The notes under the pieces were generated by a model that searched no databases, was not told the origin of the DNA, and saw only the letters and a list, made by a program, of their open reading frames with translations. From contig VRVR01000048.1 in assembly GCA_009859145.1 (NCBI GenBank), positions 177,843 through 241,842 of the forward strand: a stretch of 64,000 nt of DNA, read 5' to 3'. How positions within the stretch are numbered: the first letter of the stretch is position 1; each line of letters starts with the position of its first letter. The position numbers were made by a program, and so were the translations under genes. The DNA is from Andalucia godoyi And28. Its lineage: Eukaryota > Protista > Jakobida. Shown in pieces: positions 40,571-52,200 of the stretch.

Positions 40571-40873
40571 ATTGGCGAGACTCTCGGACGATGTTTCACC
40601 ATTGCATCAACTGCTGTTTCATCATGTACCGCCAACATTGTACGCGAATCATGCACAGCCATCGCTGACGCTGCATCATCATCAATGTTGCCGAGTGTTT
40701 ATTTTAAATTTAAAAAAAAAAAAAAAAGAGCGCTGACTGCTGTACTGTACGGCTCTTGTACACTCCCGATCCAACAGGTTTGCCCAAACGATGCCTCGTT
40801 TGCCTTTTTCATTGAGCTTTCCCACGACCGCTCCCAAATAAACAGCAAAACAGACGTTGACACCAGACGAGAC

Positions 40874-41230
40874 ATGTTTCTGTTCCCCAAGCAATGGGGT
40901 GTGCTTCGACTAGGCACGCTGCCCAGAAGATTATGGGTACGTAGCGTTTCGGGCTGCGGCGCAGGAGGACAAGACGGCGGTTCGCAGTCGCCATCCGCCG
41001 CAGCGCCCGTTGATTTAGCTGCGGCGTTCCGCAAAGTCCGTGGATTTTCAGATGCAGATGTGAAGCGCATGCTGATGGAGCTTGAGCAGTATGAAGACGA
41101 GATTGCAGCGAAGGAGGCCGAGGAGCCCCCCGCTCGAAATCCAGCAAACGGAGAATGGAACGGGCCGAAGGGTCCTGAGCCCACCCGATTCTCAGACTGG
41201 GAACGCGGTGGCCGCGTCTCAGACTTTTAG
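40874..41230 (+). CDS. SDHAF4: Succinate dehydrogenase assembly factor 4 (DUF1674)
   Basis: C-terminal NPANGEWNGPKGPEPTRFSDWERGGRVSDF; presequence-like N-terminus. Confidence 0.95.
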   Translation: MFLFPKQWGVLRLGTLPRRLWVRSVSGCGAGGQDGGSQSPSAAAPVDLAAAFRKVRGFSDADVKRMLMELEQYEDEIAAKEAEEPPARNPANGEWNGPKGPEPTRFSDWERGGRVSDF

Positions 41231-41958
41231 CACGGGTTTTGCAGCTGCTTCTGTGCATGTTTCTATCCTATCCAAAGTGCGACTGCATGTTTTCCCCCCA
41301 ACTCCGTAAAAATCGGCAGCAAGTAAAACGACTGTACATACGGTTTAGCAAAAGCGCGAAATCTGTCGTAGTGGCCATCTCCTGCACGCCAGAGCATGAA
41401 TCATTACTGGGTCATCATCGGCTAAGCTGTCACCGAAGACAGATCCAAGCCATATGTTTCTTTGCTTTCCATTCATTTGGGGGTGAGCACCAACTCTTCA
41501 ATGTAGACTGCTCTGCATCAGAGGGTCGTCGCAACCACGAGTTTCTTGGTTCTCGGCATCTGCGGGCATGGCTGGTCTGAGTTTGTTGGGAAGATCCCTC
41601 ATTGGAGCCATGGGATGCTTTGTCTTTGATGAAATGTGCTGCTTGAGGGTTCGATTATAAGTAACCCAAACAAACAGAAAAAAATATAGAATAGAAACAA
41701 TAAACAGCGACGAATGAAAGAAATACTAGGCTTGACTACGGTAAGAAAATCGTATTTGTTTGATGTTTCAACGTGGATCCACAAAGCTGTCAGCCGTTTC
41801 TTTGATTTCCATTTTCTCGATTTCTTGTTAATAATTCTTTTTGTTGTTTTCTGTAAATGTTTCGATTTCGAACACAAACCGAGTGAGTGAGTGAGTGAGT
41901 GAGTGAGTGAGTGTGCGCGCTGCGAGTGATCTGGTCTTGCTTGTTGACGGTCAAAAGC

Positions 41959-43179
41959 ATGTCGAGCCATTTACCGCGAGGACCGCACAAGTTTCCTGCG
42001 TTGCTGGAGCTTGGGGTCAACGCATTGATCAAGGATTATCCTGTGCATTGGCTGAAACGGGACGTCAGGGGCCTTGCGGAACGCCTGCGTGATCGCCAAA
42101 GCGTCAACATCGACAGCGAACGACGGACATCGATAGAGTACAGCGCACGAGATGTTCTTGCATACATTGTTTCCAGATTTCCGTCTACATTTGGCGCAGT
42201 GACGACTGCTCTGCAGCATGTATGGCTGGACGACGCACAGTTTGCGCCAAAGCAAGTCCTGGACTTTGGAGCAGGCACTGGAGCAGGCACGCTGTCGGTG
42301 CTTTCGAGGCTTTTCCCACAGAGCTTCTGGATAGATCATGATGATCGCGGAGACGTTGTTGATTTCAATGGATTTTCCAAGGTTCCGCCAGAACACATTC
42401 CACGTCTCGTGCAGATTGAGCCGAACAAGCACATGCAGTCGGCTGCTCGGTTTTTCGCGAGCTTTCTGCGCTTTCCCGATTCGATGATGCCGTTGCAGTC
42501 GACTTCGCTGTCTGGCGCTGTTGGCTCTGCGATAGCACCATCTGATTTATCAATATGTTCGTACGTGCTGAATGAGCTTTCGAGCCAGGACGAAGTGAAG
42601 TCTGTGATTTCGGATGTTCTAGGCAACACCACGAAATACGCGGTGTTTATTGAACCAGGAACTCCGGGTGGCTTCAGCTCCATTCGACAGCTCCGGGACG
42701 ACCCGTCATTTCGCGCCATGGGTTTCGTGGCCGTCGCACCGTGCCCTCGCTCCCAGCTGACGTGTCCAATGGGCTCCGGTTCGTGGTGCCATTTTTCAAC
42801 AAGGCTAGAACGGCCGATGGTCCAACGCAGGTTCAAAGAGGATTTTTCGAGAAGTCTGGAGGACGAGCGATTGTCATTTGTTGTGATGAAGAAGGAGATC
42901 TCTCTAACAGAAGATGCATTGGATGTCCCCAGGATTCTTGGGCCGCCGTTGAAGAGGTCCGGTCATGTCGTGTTGGACCTGTGCCATCCAAAGGGTGGCA
43001 TCCAACGGCAGATTTTCTCACGCAGTTCGGTCGAGGACGGTGCATACCGATATGCGCGGAAGAGCAAATGGGGAGACCCGATGCCATTCTTCTTCCCGGT
43101 GTCATCGGTTCCGTCAAAACTCGAAGTGGATAGAGCGAGGTCGGAGGCTGAAGTGGACGAGGAGCCAGAAAGCCATTAA
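41959..43179 (+). CDS. RSM22: Mitoribosomal SSU assembly methyltransferase-like protein (Rsm22/METTL17)
   Basis: VLDFGAGTG, VFIEPGTPGGF, APCP...CP...WCHF, PLKRSGHVVLDLC, YRYARKSKWGD. Confidence 0.92.
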   Translation: MSSHLPRGPHKFPALLELGVNALIKDYPVHWLKRDVRGLAERLRDRQSVNIDSERRTSIEYSARDVLAYIVSRFPSTFGAVTTALQHVWLDDAQFAPKQVLDFGAGTGAGTLSVLSRLFPQSFWIDHDDRGDVVDFNGFSKVPPEHIPRLVQIEPNKHMQSAARFFASFLRFPDSMMPLQSTSLSGAVGSAIAPSDLSICSYVLNELSSQDEVKSVISDVLGNTTKYAVFIEPGTPGGFSSIRQLRDDPSFRAMGFVAVAPCPRSQLTCPMGSGSWCHFSTRLERPMVQRRFKEDFSRSLEDERLSFVVMKKEISLTEDALDVPRILGPPLKRSGHVVLDLCHPKGGIQRQIFSRSSVEDGAYRYARKSKWGDPMPFFFPVSSVPSKLEVDRARSEAEVDEEPESH

Positions 43180-43270
43180 AAACAACAACAACAACAACAA
43201 CAACAACAAACAAACAAACAAACAAACAAAAACAGCAGAGACCACCGCCACTCAGTGATTGATGGATATT

Positions 43271-46200
43271 TTATATCAAGAAACTGTGCGAGTCGGCATC
43301 CAGGTGTCCTTGCAGGAGTTTGATGACCTCGACAGGAAGACGGTGGCGGATTTCCTGAAAAAAGTCATCACAGTTGCACGGCCTTCCTGAAATTCGCAGC
43401 AGCATCATGTTTGACACAAGAGCAGTGTACACATCCACTCGTTGTGCGATCCAAGGCTCCTCGTCGATATTTTCCCGGATGAACTGCTCCAGTCTAGCGA
43501 TGTTCTTCGCCGCCTGATCTGCAAAAGAAACATCAACAATGTTATCCGCTTCTCTTGTCAGAGCATATCCCAAAATGCCACACACCAAAACGTCTTCACT
43601 GAATTCATTGGGACGCTCCCGCTGGAACAGCTTTTTCACATTCGCAGACTGTTTGTCAAGGTTTTCGTTGGAAACTGTCGCAAAACTCTGCAGCAGCGCA
43701 ATCTTCGAAGTAATCGGCATCTGATCCAGGAAACTGTACAGTGCCACCATCCAATGTATTTCTTTTCGCGAGCCAATTCTGGAACACAGATACTGTCGAA
43801 CGTCGTCGGACTCATCTTGCAGCAATCGAGTTGCTACACCGTGCAGTGTTGGGTCGACCGAAATCTCTGAAGAAGAGTCCGCCGATTTCAGCAGTTTTGA
43901 AACAGCACGGGCGGCGAACCAGCGAACCTTCTCAGTTTGATCCGGGTCTGAGCATCCCTGACAGAGCTCAACAAGCTGTGCGGCGCAGCTTGGAAAGTAC
44001 GCGAGCACCTGGACTCTGTATTCGACGGACAGGTTGGATATTGAGCTCAGAAGGGTGTTGGGCAGATTTTTCTCCACATCACGGCTTGTCCAAGAAAGCG
44101 AAATGTGGTCGAGACATGTGACTAGACACTCCACTACGTTTTCCACCACTGCTGGGTGGCTCTCTGCCTCAATAATAGGACACAGACAATTCACAGCAAA
44201 CTGCAAAACATCGTCACAGGAGTCCGAATTCGTGAGTAAAAGCATCTTAAACGCCTGTGTGACGGGTTCCAGTATTTCAAGCTCCGACAGCGTGATCTGC
44301 GACAACAAGAAACAAAACGACAGAGAAATGGATCCGTTCACGCTCGAGAAGCAAGTAGTCGCGAGTTCAACAAACGTCCGCATCAATCCGGAAAAACCGC
44401 CGTGAATTCTCCAAAAATCGGGATACGGCAAATCTGCGAAGATCAAACTGAGCGAACAGCACATGCGCTGCGACATGGCATGGTCAAGTTTTTGCACTGC
44501 AACGACAATGGTCTGCACCATGTCCAAAAATGCATGCAAGCAACAAGGTGACCAGACTGTGAACATCGTCTTGGAGCTGCGAAAAACAGCGAGAAGCGAA
44601 GTAAACGATTCCACTGCAAGCTGCAAGCTACGATGTCGGGGCATGTGCAAGAATGAATTGGAGAACAGATAGTGAACTTGCAGAATTGCGCCATGCAGAG
44701 AATTCTGATCCATGTGCAGGGAATTTTTTGCAATGAACATCAGTCGTTGACAAGTTTGCACAGCTACCTCTGACAGTGGAAACAATGGAAACAATGCAGC
44801 AGCAGCACGCCGTCGAATCAACGCGGATGGCAGTCGTGCCCAGTTGTCGATGTACGGAGCGAACATCTTTAATTGGCCCATGATTCTTTCATGACCTGCA
44901 TGGAAGTCTTGTGCCTCATCACACTCCCCACTTTCCACGCATGTATCATCATCATATGGAGAAAGTCTACTGAGAAGCATGAGCAACGGTGACATGTAAA
45001 GCCTGCCATGGGCGCCTTGGATACTCTCTAAGAACATAGGGAGGACATTCGCAAAGCGAGAGCCAAACTCCACCACGGTCATTCTGTTTTCCGGAGCAAG
45101 ATCATCCGAGTCGGTCTTCTGACCGAGAAAACGTGAAAGAAGCGAAGAGAAGCACAAGGTAGCGGAATTTCGGATCGTCCAGCTGTCGGACGAATACAGT
45201 TTGAGAACAAGAGCAAAGAGCTGAGACGCAGCGAAATCCAGACGAGAACCGAGAATTGTATCCATGAGCAGCTGCCGAAGTATGTTGAGCGAATGGACTC
45301 GCACTTCCAGAGAAGACGATGCAGAATCGCACAGTTTCACCAAATAAAACGTCACTCTCCTCAGAAACGACGATGTTGAGACGCACCGAAAAGCGGGCTC
45401 TGCCCGAAGAATGGTGGACAGCGCAAATGGTAGTCCTGATGATCTGCGCAGAATGGAAGTATCTGGATCATTGATGCGATTCAACACATTATCTGCCCAA
45501 GACGAGACCAGCATGACGGAGTCAAAGCTAAAGCAGCGACAATTCTCGGGATCCAGCAAGAATCGGCACGTCACAAAAAACGCATTCTGCGTTTTGTCAA
45601 CCGCGCCAATGTGCTTCGTATTCAACAGCATCTGCAAGAATGTATTACCGATGAAGGAGAAGTCGGCGAAGGGCAGGGCGCGTCCGAATTGCTCGATAAA
45701 TATGCTCATGCAATGCGCAACTCCGCGTGTTAGCTTCCAGAGGTTGACAGTAAAACTTCGGCTAGTGTCAGTGGATTCATCAAAGTCTTCGAAATCGTCA
45801 TCTTGCTGCACCTCGTCTTCATTTGCAAACTCTGGGCACTCTTCCTCGGAGCTGACAGGAAGCGGCACGCCTCTGCAGTCCGTTGCATCTCCTTTCCATC
45901 CGAGCATGCCATAGCACAACGAAAGAGAAACGCCAAAAATGTCGTACACAAAACGGTTCATAACCGATGGAGGGATTTGTGCCTTGCGAGCGACAAGAAA
46001 CTTGAAAAGATTGATGATGCCGTTGAAATTTTTCATTCTGGCCTTCGATGGATCGTCCCTGATGTCTGCCACTTGCTGGGCAAGAAAATCCGCGACCAGA
46101 AAAATGATGGTGTCCATACTGCTATGGCAGTCTGCCGGGACGGTGTTACTCGAGCACGAAAACCGTCGAACGGTGGCTTCAACGACGGACGGATACTTGC

Positions 46201-48679
46201 CAGCAAGGACGCTTAGAGCTCGAGCAGAGCCCTCCGACTTCCCAGATCGCACACTAAACAAGCCCATCCACAGAGAATCCGAAAATTCAGTGAATTTGGA
46301 AGGCGGACCGAAATCTGGAAACTGCTGGAGCACGTCCATCATTACCTGCCTTGTTCGATCAAAGGGTTCAAACATACACCAGTAGAACAACCTGTCGCAA
46401 ATGTCTTCGCGATAGAGTTCTCCACCAAAGGATCTGCAATCCAGAAAGGACAAGGAAAAATGCTCACTTCGGTACCGAGAGAATACTTCCAGCGAAGTAG
46501 CTTCCGAGAATAGCTGCAAGAAAATAGAGAGCAAATCCACACCAAACGCTCGACGATCATATGCGGCGGACGGAGAAAAGCAGGTTGAAATGAAATCCAG
46601 GTTCCAACGAAAAAATGATTTGAAGGACTGGATTCCACTCTGCCTCTCATCGTCTGTCATGGCAAGCGGAATCATCTTCACACGCTTGCCAACCTTCGTT
46701 CTGGTCAATCCTTTCTCGAACACCTGATACACCACCGAGCGCAGAAAATCGAGAAACCTCGCAACGCTGTCCATGATCCCCCAGCGAAACGACGCATCAG
46801 TCGTCTTGCAATTGTTTCTCAGAAACTCAGTGTATAGCCCGATGCATTCCTCGGAGGGCCATGCAAAAGCGTCTTTCAAACTGTGGATGAAGACCAGGTC
46901 AAAAGAGTCTGTCCGAATGACCGGCGACGCATGCTGCAGGCCCAAAAGAAGCCAGTCTCGATTTGGCAGATTCTTGAAGTGATACACAACGGTGCCAGTT
47001 CGCGGTTGCGTTGATGATATGCAACTCCAAATCGAAATAGACAGACGCAATCGCACATCGAGAGCAAGGTCCGTTGCATGCAGCACCACATGGAGCACAT
47101 CATCCAGAAGGTAAAGTCCGCCCTCCTTCACTAAAGGAGGAAGAATGTATCTTCTTACTAGCGCATCGTCTTTTCCTCGATTCACTTCGGCGGACTGGAC
47201 ACCGCACAGCGCATGTGCCAGATCAGAAACAAACTGCAAATATGTGTCAGTCCCTCGTTCAAGCGACAGCATGAATTTGCAAACAAATGTGATCACAGAC
47301 TTTGCAATCAAATTTGACGTGACAGCTAGCAAGGATTCTGAAAACACAGCAGGACACTGGCGCCACACAAAAAGAGACCCAAAAAGCTCGACAAGCAGTT
47401 CCAATGCATCATACTTCCTCCGCTGAGACCAATCCAGGGAGAGAACCTGGTCCTTGATCCACGCCTCGCGATGGATTCCGCACTGCACCGGGTTCTGAAG
47501 AACAGTTCGCAAAATGTTTTTTCCAAGAAGATGGGCCCGCAGAACAATGTCGTTCCACGCATTCCATGCGATTCCGGGAAGTTGCAGGCAAATTGAAGCA
47601 TCCTTTTTTGAGAATTCTGAAAACCACTTCATGCAATCCGAAAGATACGAAAACAACTGACACCGCTCCAAAACGGCAAGCGAATCGACACGCAGCGCCT
47701 CTTCTAGGAGAGCCGGAAGAATACAGAAGGTCAGCACAGAAAGCTGCTGAGATTCCAGAGTTTCGCATTCTCGGACGCTCCCAATCCAAACGCTAATGAG
47801 TGCATTACGAGATAATTTGGGAGCACAGTTCAGTTTGGAAGTTAAAAGACAGTTAAACAGGGACGGTGAGGTCGTCAGGCATACAGAGGCCGCCGATGAA
47901 AAGACGGAAAAATCAACTGCAACCGCGTCGGAAAAAAGCAGAGTCTCCACGACAGAAGACAAGAGAGATTTCAGAGGATGCAGCCCGACATGATCCTCAA
48001 AAATGTCTGGAGACACCTTTGTAACAATGATGTGAATATTTCGGAAGACCAAATGCAGGAGACGCGAAAAATTATCGACGACTTTGGCATTCTTTCCTTC
48101 AAACAACACGATAAAACCAGAGAGTATACGCGAACACACCTGAAGCACTAGACTCAATGCCCTATAGCCTCCGCAGTCGGAAAATACCTTGCAAAACAGC
48201 CGCTGACTAAAAAGAAGACTTACGCGATAGAGAAACGTTGCGCATGTTTCAGAGCACTCTGGAATCATAACCGATTTGGACGGTTCGTCGATGAGCAACG
48301 AGCACGAAAGGGCGACATCGGCTGTCCAGCTGTGCACTTTTTCAACAAAAGCAGCCAGAGTATGTGGCTCTGCACTGCGGAGCAGATCTTCCAAGATCTC
48401 GGAAAAGACGCCAACCAAATAACTCCATTGGTTAGACAAACATGGGGCCAGAAAAGATGTCACTGCCAGCTCCAACGTCTCACCACGAAGCAAGTGGGAG
48501 GACGCCGTTACTGACCGGATCCTTCGGGAAGTGGCGAGTTGGTCCTTCTCCGACAGAAACACACTCGACAATCTGGAGATTTCGGATTGGATCGAGATTC
48601 CTTCCACCGCGGCAGCCAGTACCGAAAAATTTCCACAGAAAATGGAAATGTCAGGATTTGCAGACATCGCTGACTCCAT
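43271..48679 (-). CDS. THADA: THADA/Trm732 ARM-repeat protein (DUF2428)
   Basis: LLNTKHIGAVDK, ILRRSSGLP, RVHSLNILR, WTIRNSATLCFSSL. Likely ATG at 48679; the upstream extension in the track is low-complexity UTR. Confidence 0.88.
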   Translation of the reverse strand: MESAMSANPDISIFCGNFSVLAAAVEGISIQSEISRLSSVFLSEKDQLATSRRIRSVTASSHLLRGETLELAVTSFLAPCLSNQWSYLVGVFSEILEDLLRSAEPHTLAAFVEKVHSWTADVALSCSLLIDEPSKSVMIPECSETCATFLYRVSLLFSQRLFCKVFSDCGGYRALSLVLQVCSRILSGFIVLFEGKNAKVVDNFSRLLHLVFRNIHIIVTKVSPDIFEDHVGLHPLKSLLSSVVETLLFSDAVAVDFSVFSSAASVCLTTSPSLFNCLLTSKLNCAPKLSRNALISVWIGSVRECETLESQQLSVLTFCILPALLEEALRVDSLAVLERCQLFSYLSDCMKWFSEFSKKDASICLQLPGIAWNAWNDIVLRAHLLGKNILRTVLQNPVQCGIHREAWIKDQVLSLDWSQRRKYDALELLVELFGSLFVWRQCPAVFSESLLAVTSNLIAKSVITFVCKFMLSLERGTDTYLQFVSDLAHALCGVQSAEVNRGKDDALVRRYILPPLVKEGGLYLLDDVLHVVLHATDLALDVRLRLSISIWSCISSTQPRTGTVVYHFKNLPNRDWLLLGLQHASPVIRTDSFDLVFIHSLKDAFAWPSEECIGLYTEFLRNNCKTTDASFRWGIMDSVARFLDFLRSVVYQVFEKGLTRTKVGKRVKMIPLAMTDDERQSGIQSFKSFFRWNLDFISTCFSPSAAYDRRAFGVDLLSIFLQLFSEATSLEVFSRYRSEHFSLSFLDCRSFGGELYREDICDRLFYWCMFEPFDRTRQVMMDVLQQFPDFGPPSKFTEFSDSLWMGLFSVRSGKSEGSARALSVLAGKYPSVVEATVRRFSCSSNTVPADCHSSMDTIIFLVADFLAQQVADIRDDPSKARMKNFNGIINLFKFLVARKAQIPPSVMNRFVYDIFGVSLSLCYGMLGWKGDATDCRGVPLPVSSEEECPEFANEDEVQQDDDFEDFDESTDTSRSFTVNLWKLTRGVAHCMSIFIEQFGRALPFADFSFIGNTFLQMLLNTKHIGAVDKTQNAFFVTCRFLLDPENCRCFSFDSVMLVSSWADNVLNRINDPDTSILRRSSGLPFALSTILRAEPAFRCVSTSSFLRRVTFYLVKLCDSASSSLEVRVHSLNILRQLLMDTILGSRLDFAASQLFALVLKLYSSDSWTIRNSATLCFSSLLSRFLGQKTDSDDLAPENRMTVVEFGSRFANVLPMFLESIQGAHGRLYMSPLLMLLSRLSPYDDDTCVESGECDEAQDFHAGHERIMGQLKMFAPYIDNWARLPSALIRRRAAAALFPLFPLSEVAVQTCQRLMFIAKNSLHMDQNSLHGAILQVHYLFSNSFLHMPRHRSLQLAVESFTSLLAVFRSSKTMFTVWSPCCLHAFLDMVQTIVVAVQKLDHAMSQRMCCSLSLIFADLPYPDFWRIHGGFSGLMRTFVELATTCFSSVNGSISLSFCFLLSQITLSELEILEPVTQAFKMLLLTNSDSCDDVLQFAVNCLCPIIEAESHPAVVENVVECLVTCLDHISLSWTSRDVEKNLPNTLLSSISNLSVEYRVQVLAYFPSCAAQLVELCQGCSDPDQTEKVRWFAARAVSKLLKSADSSSEISVDPTLHGVATRLLQDESDDVRQYLCSRIGSRKEIHWMVALYSFLDQMPITSKIALLQSFATVSNENLDKQSANVKKLFQRERPNEFSEDVLVCGILGYALTREADNIVDVSFADQAAKNIARLEQFIRENIDEEPWIAQRVDVYTALVSNMMLLRISGRPCNCDDFFQEIRHRLPVEVIKLLQGHLDADSHSFLI

Positions 48680-49293
48680 AGACTGCAACGTGCGTATCGA
48701 GAAAGGACGTAGTACTCGCAGGAGGTGGGGGGGGGGAAATAATTTAAATAATAATAATAATAATATATAATGTATGATTTGAAATAAAGCCGAAAAACGC
48801 GTTGTCGAGACGCCCACGAAAGCGCAGAGAGAAAAAGACATGCGTGTGCACAATCTCGCGGATGAGAACGAGCGCTGCCCAGTCGACAGCATTCGACGTA
48901 CTTTTATGCTGCGAAGGTGATAACAACAGTTTGCTCCTCCAAAAAATACAATAATAATAATAATAAATACATAAATAATATGGTGGTGCGCACGCGCAGC
49001 AGTCGCAAAACCCCAAGTGCCGATTCGCTGACACATTCTCTAAATACCGCCCGTCCAATGGGCCCGGAGGCGTCGGATTCCGGTGTTGTAACCGTTTCTT
49101 CTGTGATGCAATAACGGTAATTCGCGGCCGTTGCTGACTGCAGTCATGAGACTGGTTATTTTTGACGACCGTGCATCCATACGGAGAAAGTTTACCGTTG
49201 TTAGTTTGTTCTACTAACTAACAAATTTCTTGCACGGATTTATCGATCTCGGCCATTGGAAGCTCGAAAATGACATCCTTTTGCCTCGCTTAC

Positions 49294-52200
49294 TTACTTC
49301 ACCAAGAACGTTTGCATCTTTCCTTTCCCCTTGATATCGACGTCTCCGCGTTCTTCACAGTCGACTGAGGACCACACCAATTCATACGTACTACGTGTGA
49401 TCTGAATTCTTCCCGGGACTCCACTTGACTCCATCCGGGAAGCAATATTGACCGCATCGCCAATGCAATCATAGACAAATTTGCTTTTTCCAATGACGGC
49501 TCCGATGACTGGACCGGAGTTGACGCCGGCACGTATTTCTATGCTGGTAGAGTGCTGCAAGTTGTACTGCTTGACCATGTCGATCACGTCCTTTAAAAAG
49601 GAAATCATAGCAACAGCGTGGTCGTGTTTGCGTTCGAACAGACCGGCGGCCCCAAAAAAGCAATCTCCGATGAGCTTGATCTTTTCAATCTTGTGTTTTG
49701 TGCACAAAATATCGATGTTTGAGAAAATGTCACTCAGCATCTCAACCAAATCGCGAGGTGTCATGTGCGACGACAATTCCGTAAACTTGACAATGTCGAC
49801 AAAACAAAGACTGACGCATTGATACTGGTCATATATGGGATGTTCCCCGTCTTTTAGACGTGTGGCAATACTGCGGGGCAGTATGTTCAGCAACAAGTCG
49901 TCGGATCGTTGACGTTCTGTACGAAGCAACAGCTCAGTCTTCTCTCCCACAGTCAAATCACGCACAAATGCTGCGTAAAAAATCTCGTCCTTGATCTTAT
50001 ACGACGACAGCGATAGCTGGACAGGGAACGTCTGCTGATCTGGCAGCATTCCATCCGCACGCAAGGACAGCGTGCCTTTCTTCCGGACGGCTTCGTCCAG
50101 TGCTTTTGGAATGTCGTACGGGAAATTGTCCGAGAAGGAACGCAAGTTGCACACAAGAGTGTCAAAAGATCGCCCGATGACATTTCCGTTTTCCGAGCAT
50201 CTGAATATCTGATTGGCAGACGGAGAAGCGTGTTCAACAAATCCTTTCGAGTTCAGCTCCAATATGCCGTCCACTGAAGCCGCAAGAACCGACCGTGTCC
50301 TCAGCTCTGCTTCCTCCACGGCATCTTGGAACATGTTCTCACTCATTCGTGTTCCGTGAGTGCGCACAAAAGATTCCAATGCGGGAACCTTCTCGACAAC
50401 CGGAACAGGTATCATCGTTAGCATCTTCCGATACTGGTGAATTTCCTTCCACAAATGCGCTTGAAGGAACTGGGAGACGACAAGAGCTACCGCGATGACA
50501 CCCACACATACTCCGAATACTGGACCGATGGAACTCAATGCAAACGTTACTGTACTGGGAGTTTCGCTCACAAAAATCGCCTTCGACTGTGTCAGAAGAG
50601 GTCCCAAATAAAGAGACTCGATGTTGAGCAAATCGCGATAGGTTTGCAACTGGAATGTGAGTTGCGAATCCGGAAGCAGCAAAAGGACATTGGCCAAGTT
50701 TAGGTAGGCGGACATGATTCCATCAAGACCGAGACATGCTACGTTGAGCGTATCGTTGCATCGTCGGTCAAACAGCAGACTATCTTGTGCTGCAGAATGA
50801 CCAACGGATGGTGGTGTTTCAAACTTTGCTGATCCGTACTTGACAGCATCGTGAATTTCGGACAGCTGCTGAATTCCTGCACTCAGCTGAGGTCGCATGC
50901 TCGCCCTGCCTCCGTTCAGCAGCCGAGCATCATCCCGAATTAGTTCCGTTGCCAAGTAGTTGATTCTTTGCGAAAACGACCGTCGAGACCCTGCATAGTT
51001 GATCTGTGCAGACTTCGAGTATGATGAAAAACTTGCAGCCAAGCAAAAACCGCACATGACGATGATCAGCGAGCAAATCACAATGATGAATGTCAGGAAA
51101 ATTAAAGTCACTCGTGTGGTGGCAGACGTGGAAGAAGCCGCTGCACCACGTAACAGAATATCCGCACTAGAGCCCTTCTTGCCATTGCCCGCATGAATTG
51201 CAGTGCGACATTTTTGAACAATCGTGGAAACATCGGTCTTTGGAACTAGCAAAAACAGTCGCGAGATGGCTTTCCGCTCGCGAAGAATTGATCTCATGGC
51301 CCGAACGTAGAGTAGCAAAATCAACAAGATGGGCAGGCCAACCGCAAGCGCAGCAAGTACCCACAAGGTGATTCGATCTTGAGCAGCAGAGTCACGATAA
51401 TAAGCGACGTAAGCATAGACAAGACTCCACATACCCGTGAGCAAAGAATATGGACCGTTTTCAACAATAGAACGGAAATCTGTGTTGTTCCCGGTCCACA
51501 CGTTGCTGGAAAAGAATGTAGCGTTGAACGATGCCACATTCCTAATGCTTCGTACGTAGGAGTTGTACATTTCCCACCGCGATTGCATGACAACAGTGTG
51601 ATCTTGTGTTGAAGCGCTCCACAGATAGAAAGGAACGTCTCTCTTTTGCCATTCTGCTATCAACGAGTCGACGCCGAAAGTGCTCGCAAACAGAGAAGAA
51701 GCTGCTGTTTCGATATCGGTAGCAGTTTGTGTTAACTTTGTAATTGATGCGGAGAACGAGGTTCCCGTGTACCAGCCTTTGGCAACCGCTTCGCAAAGCG
51801 CAGTCATGTACGCCGCATTCACGGACGGCATACGGGTCCCTCCTGCATTGGCAACCATGTCCCCCTTATCCGACCGTATCGTCGATTTTCCAATGACATA
51901 CACTGTGATGCAAATCGCAAGCAGGCACAGCAAACTCACGAACATTGCAAACGAAATGTGATACAAGGATTTTGGCTTCTTGACGAGAAGGCTCTTCATG
52001 TCTTCCGCAATTTCGGCAGCAGAAGATGCCGAGTCCGGATCTGCATTCCCCTCAGATACCGAATCAAAGGCGACAGACCCCTTGCCTACGTCCATTTCCG
52101 TATCCATCGTCTCTGGCTCCACAAGCTCGCCAACCTGGACTCTTTTCTTCCGCGGCTTCATCCGAATCGCCTTCGGCGTAGAGGAGGAGCTGCGGAGACC

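Noticed and set aside
40590-40690. Minus-strand ATGATGA boxes suggesting a C/D snoRNA
   Set aside because: No CTGA box D, no terminal stem, no recognisable rRNA guide; overlaps a (CAT)n repeat
48680-49036. N-terminal extension of THADA in the ORF track
   Set aside because: Begins at a non-ATG codon and crosses poly-ATT/poly-C spacer DNA; likely UTR or promoter
49100-49140. GTGATGC...CTGA pair
   Set aside because: Only ~25 nt between boxes, too short for a C/D snoRNA
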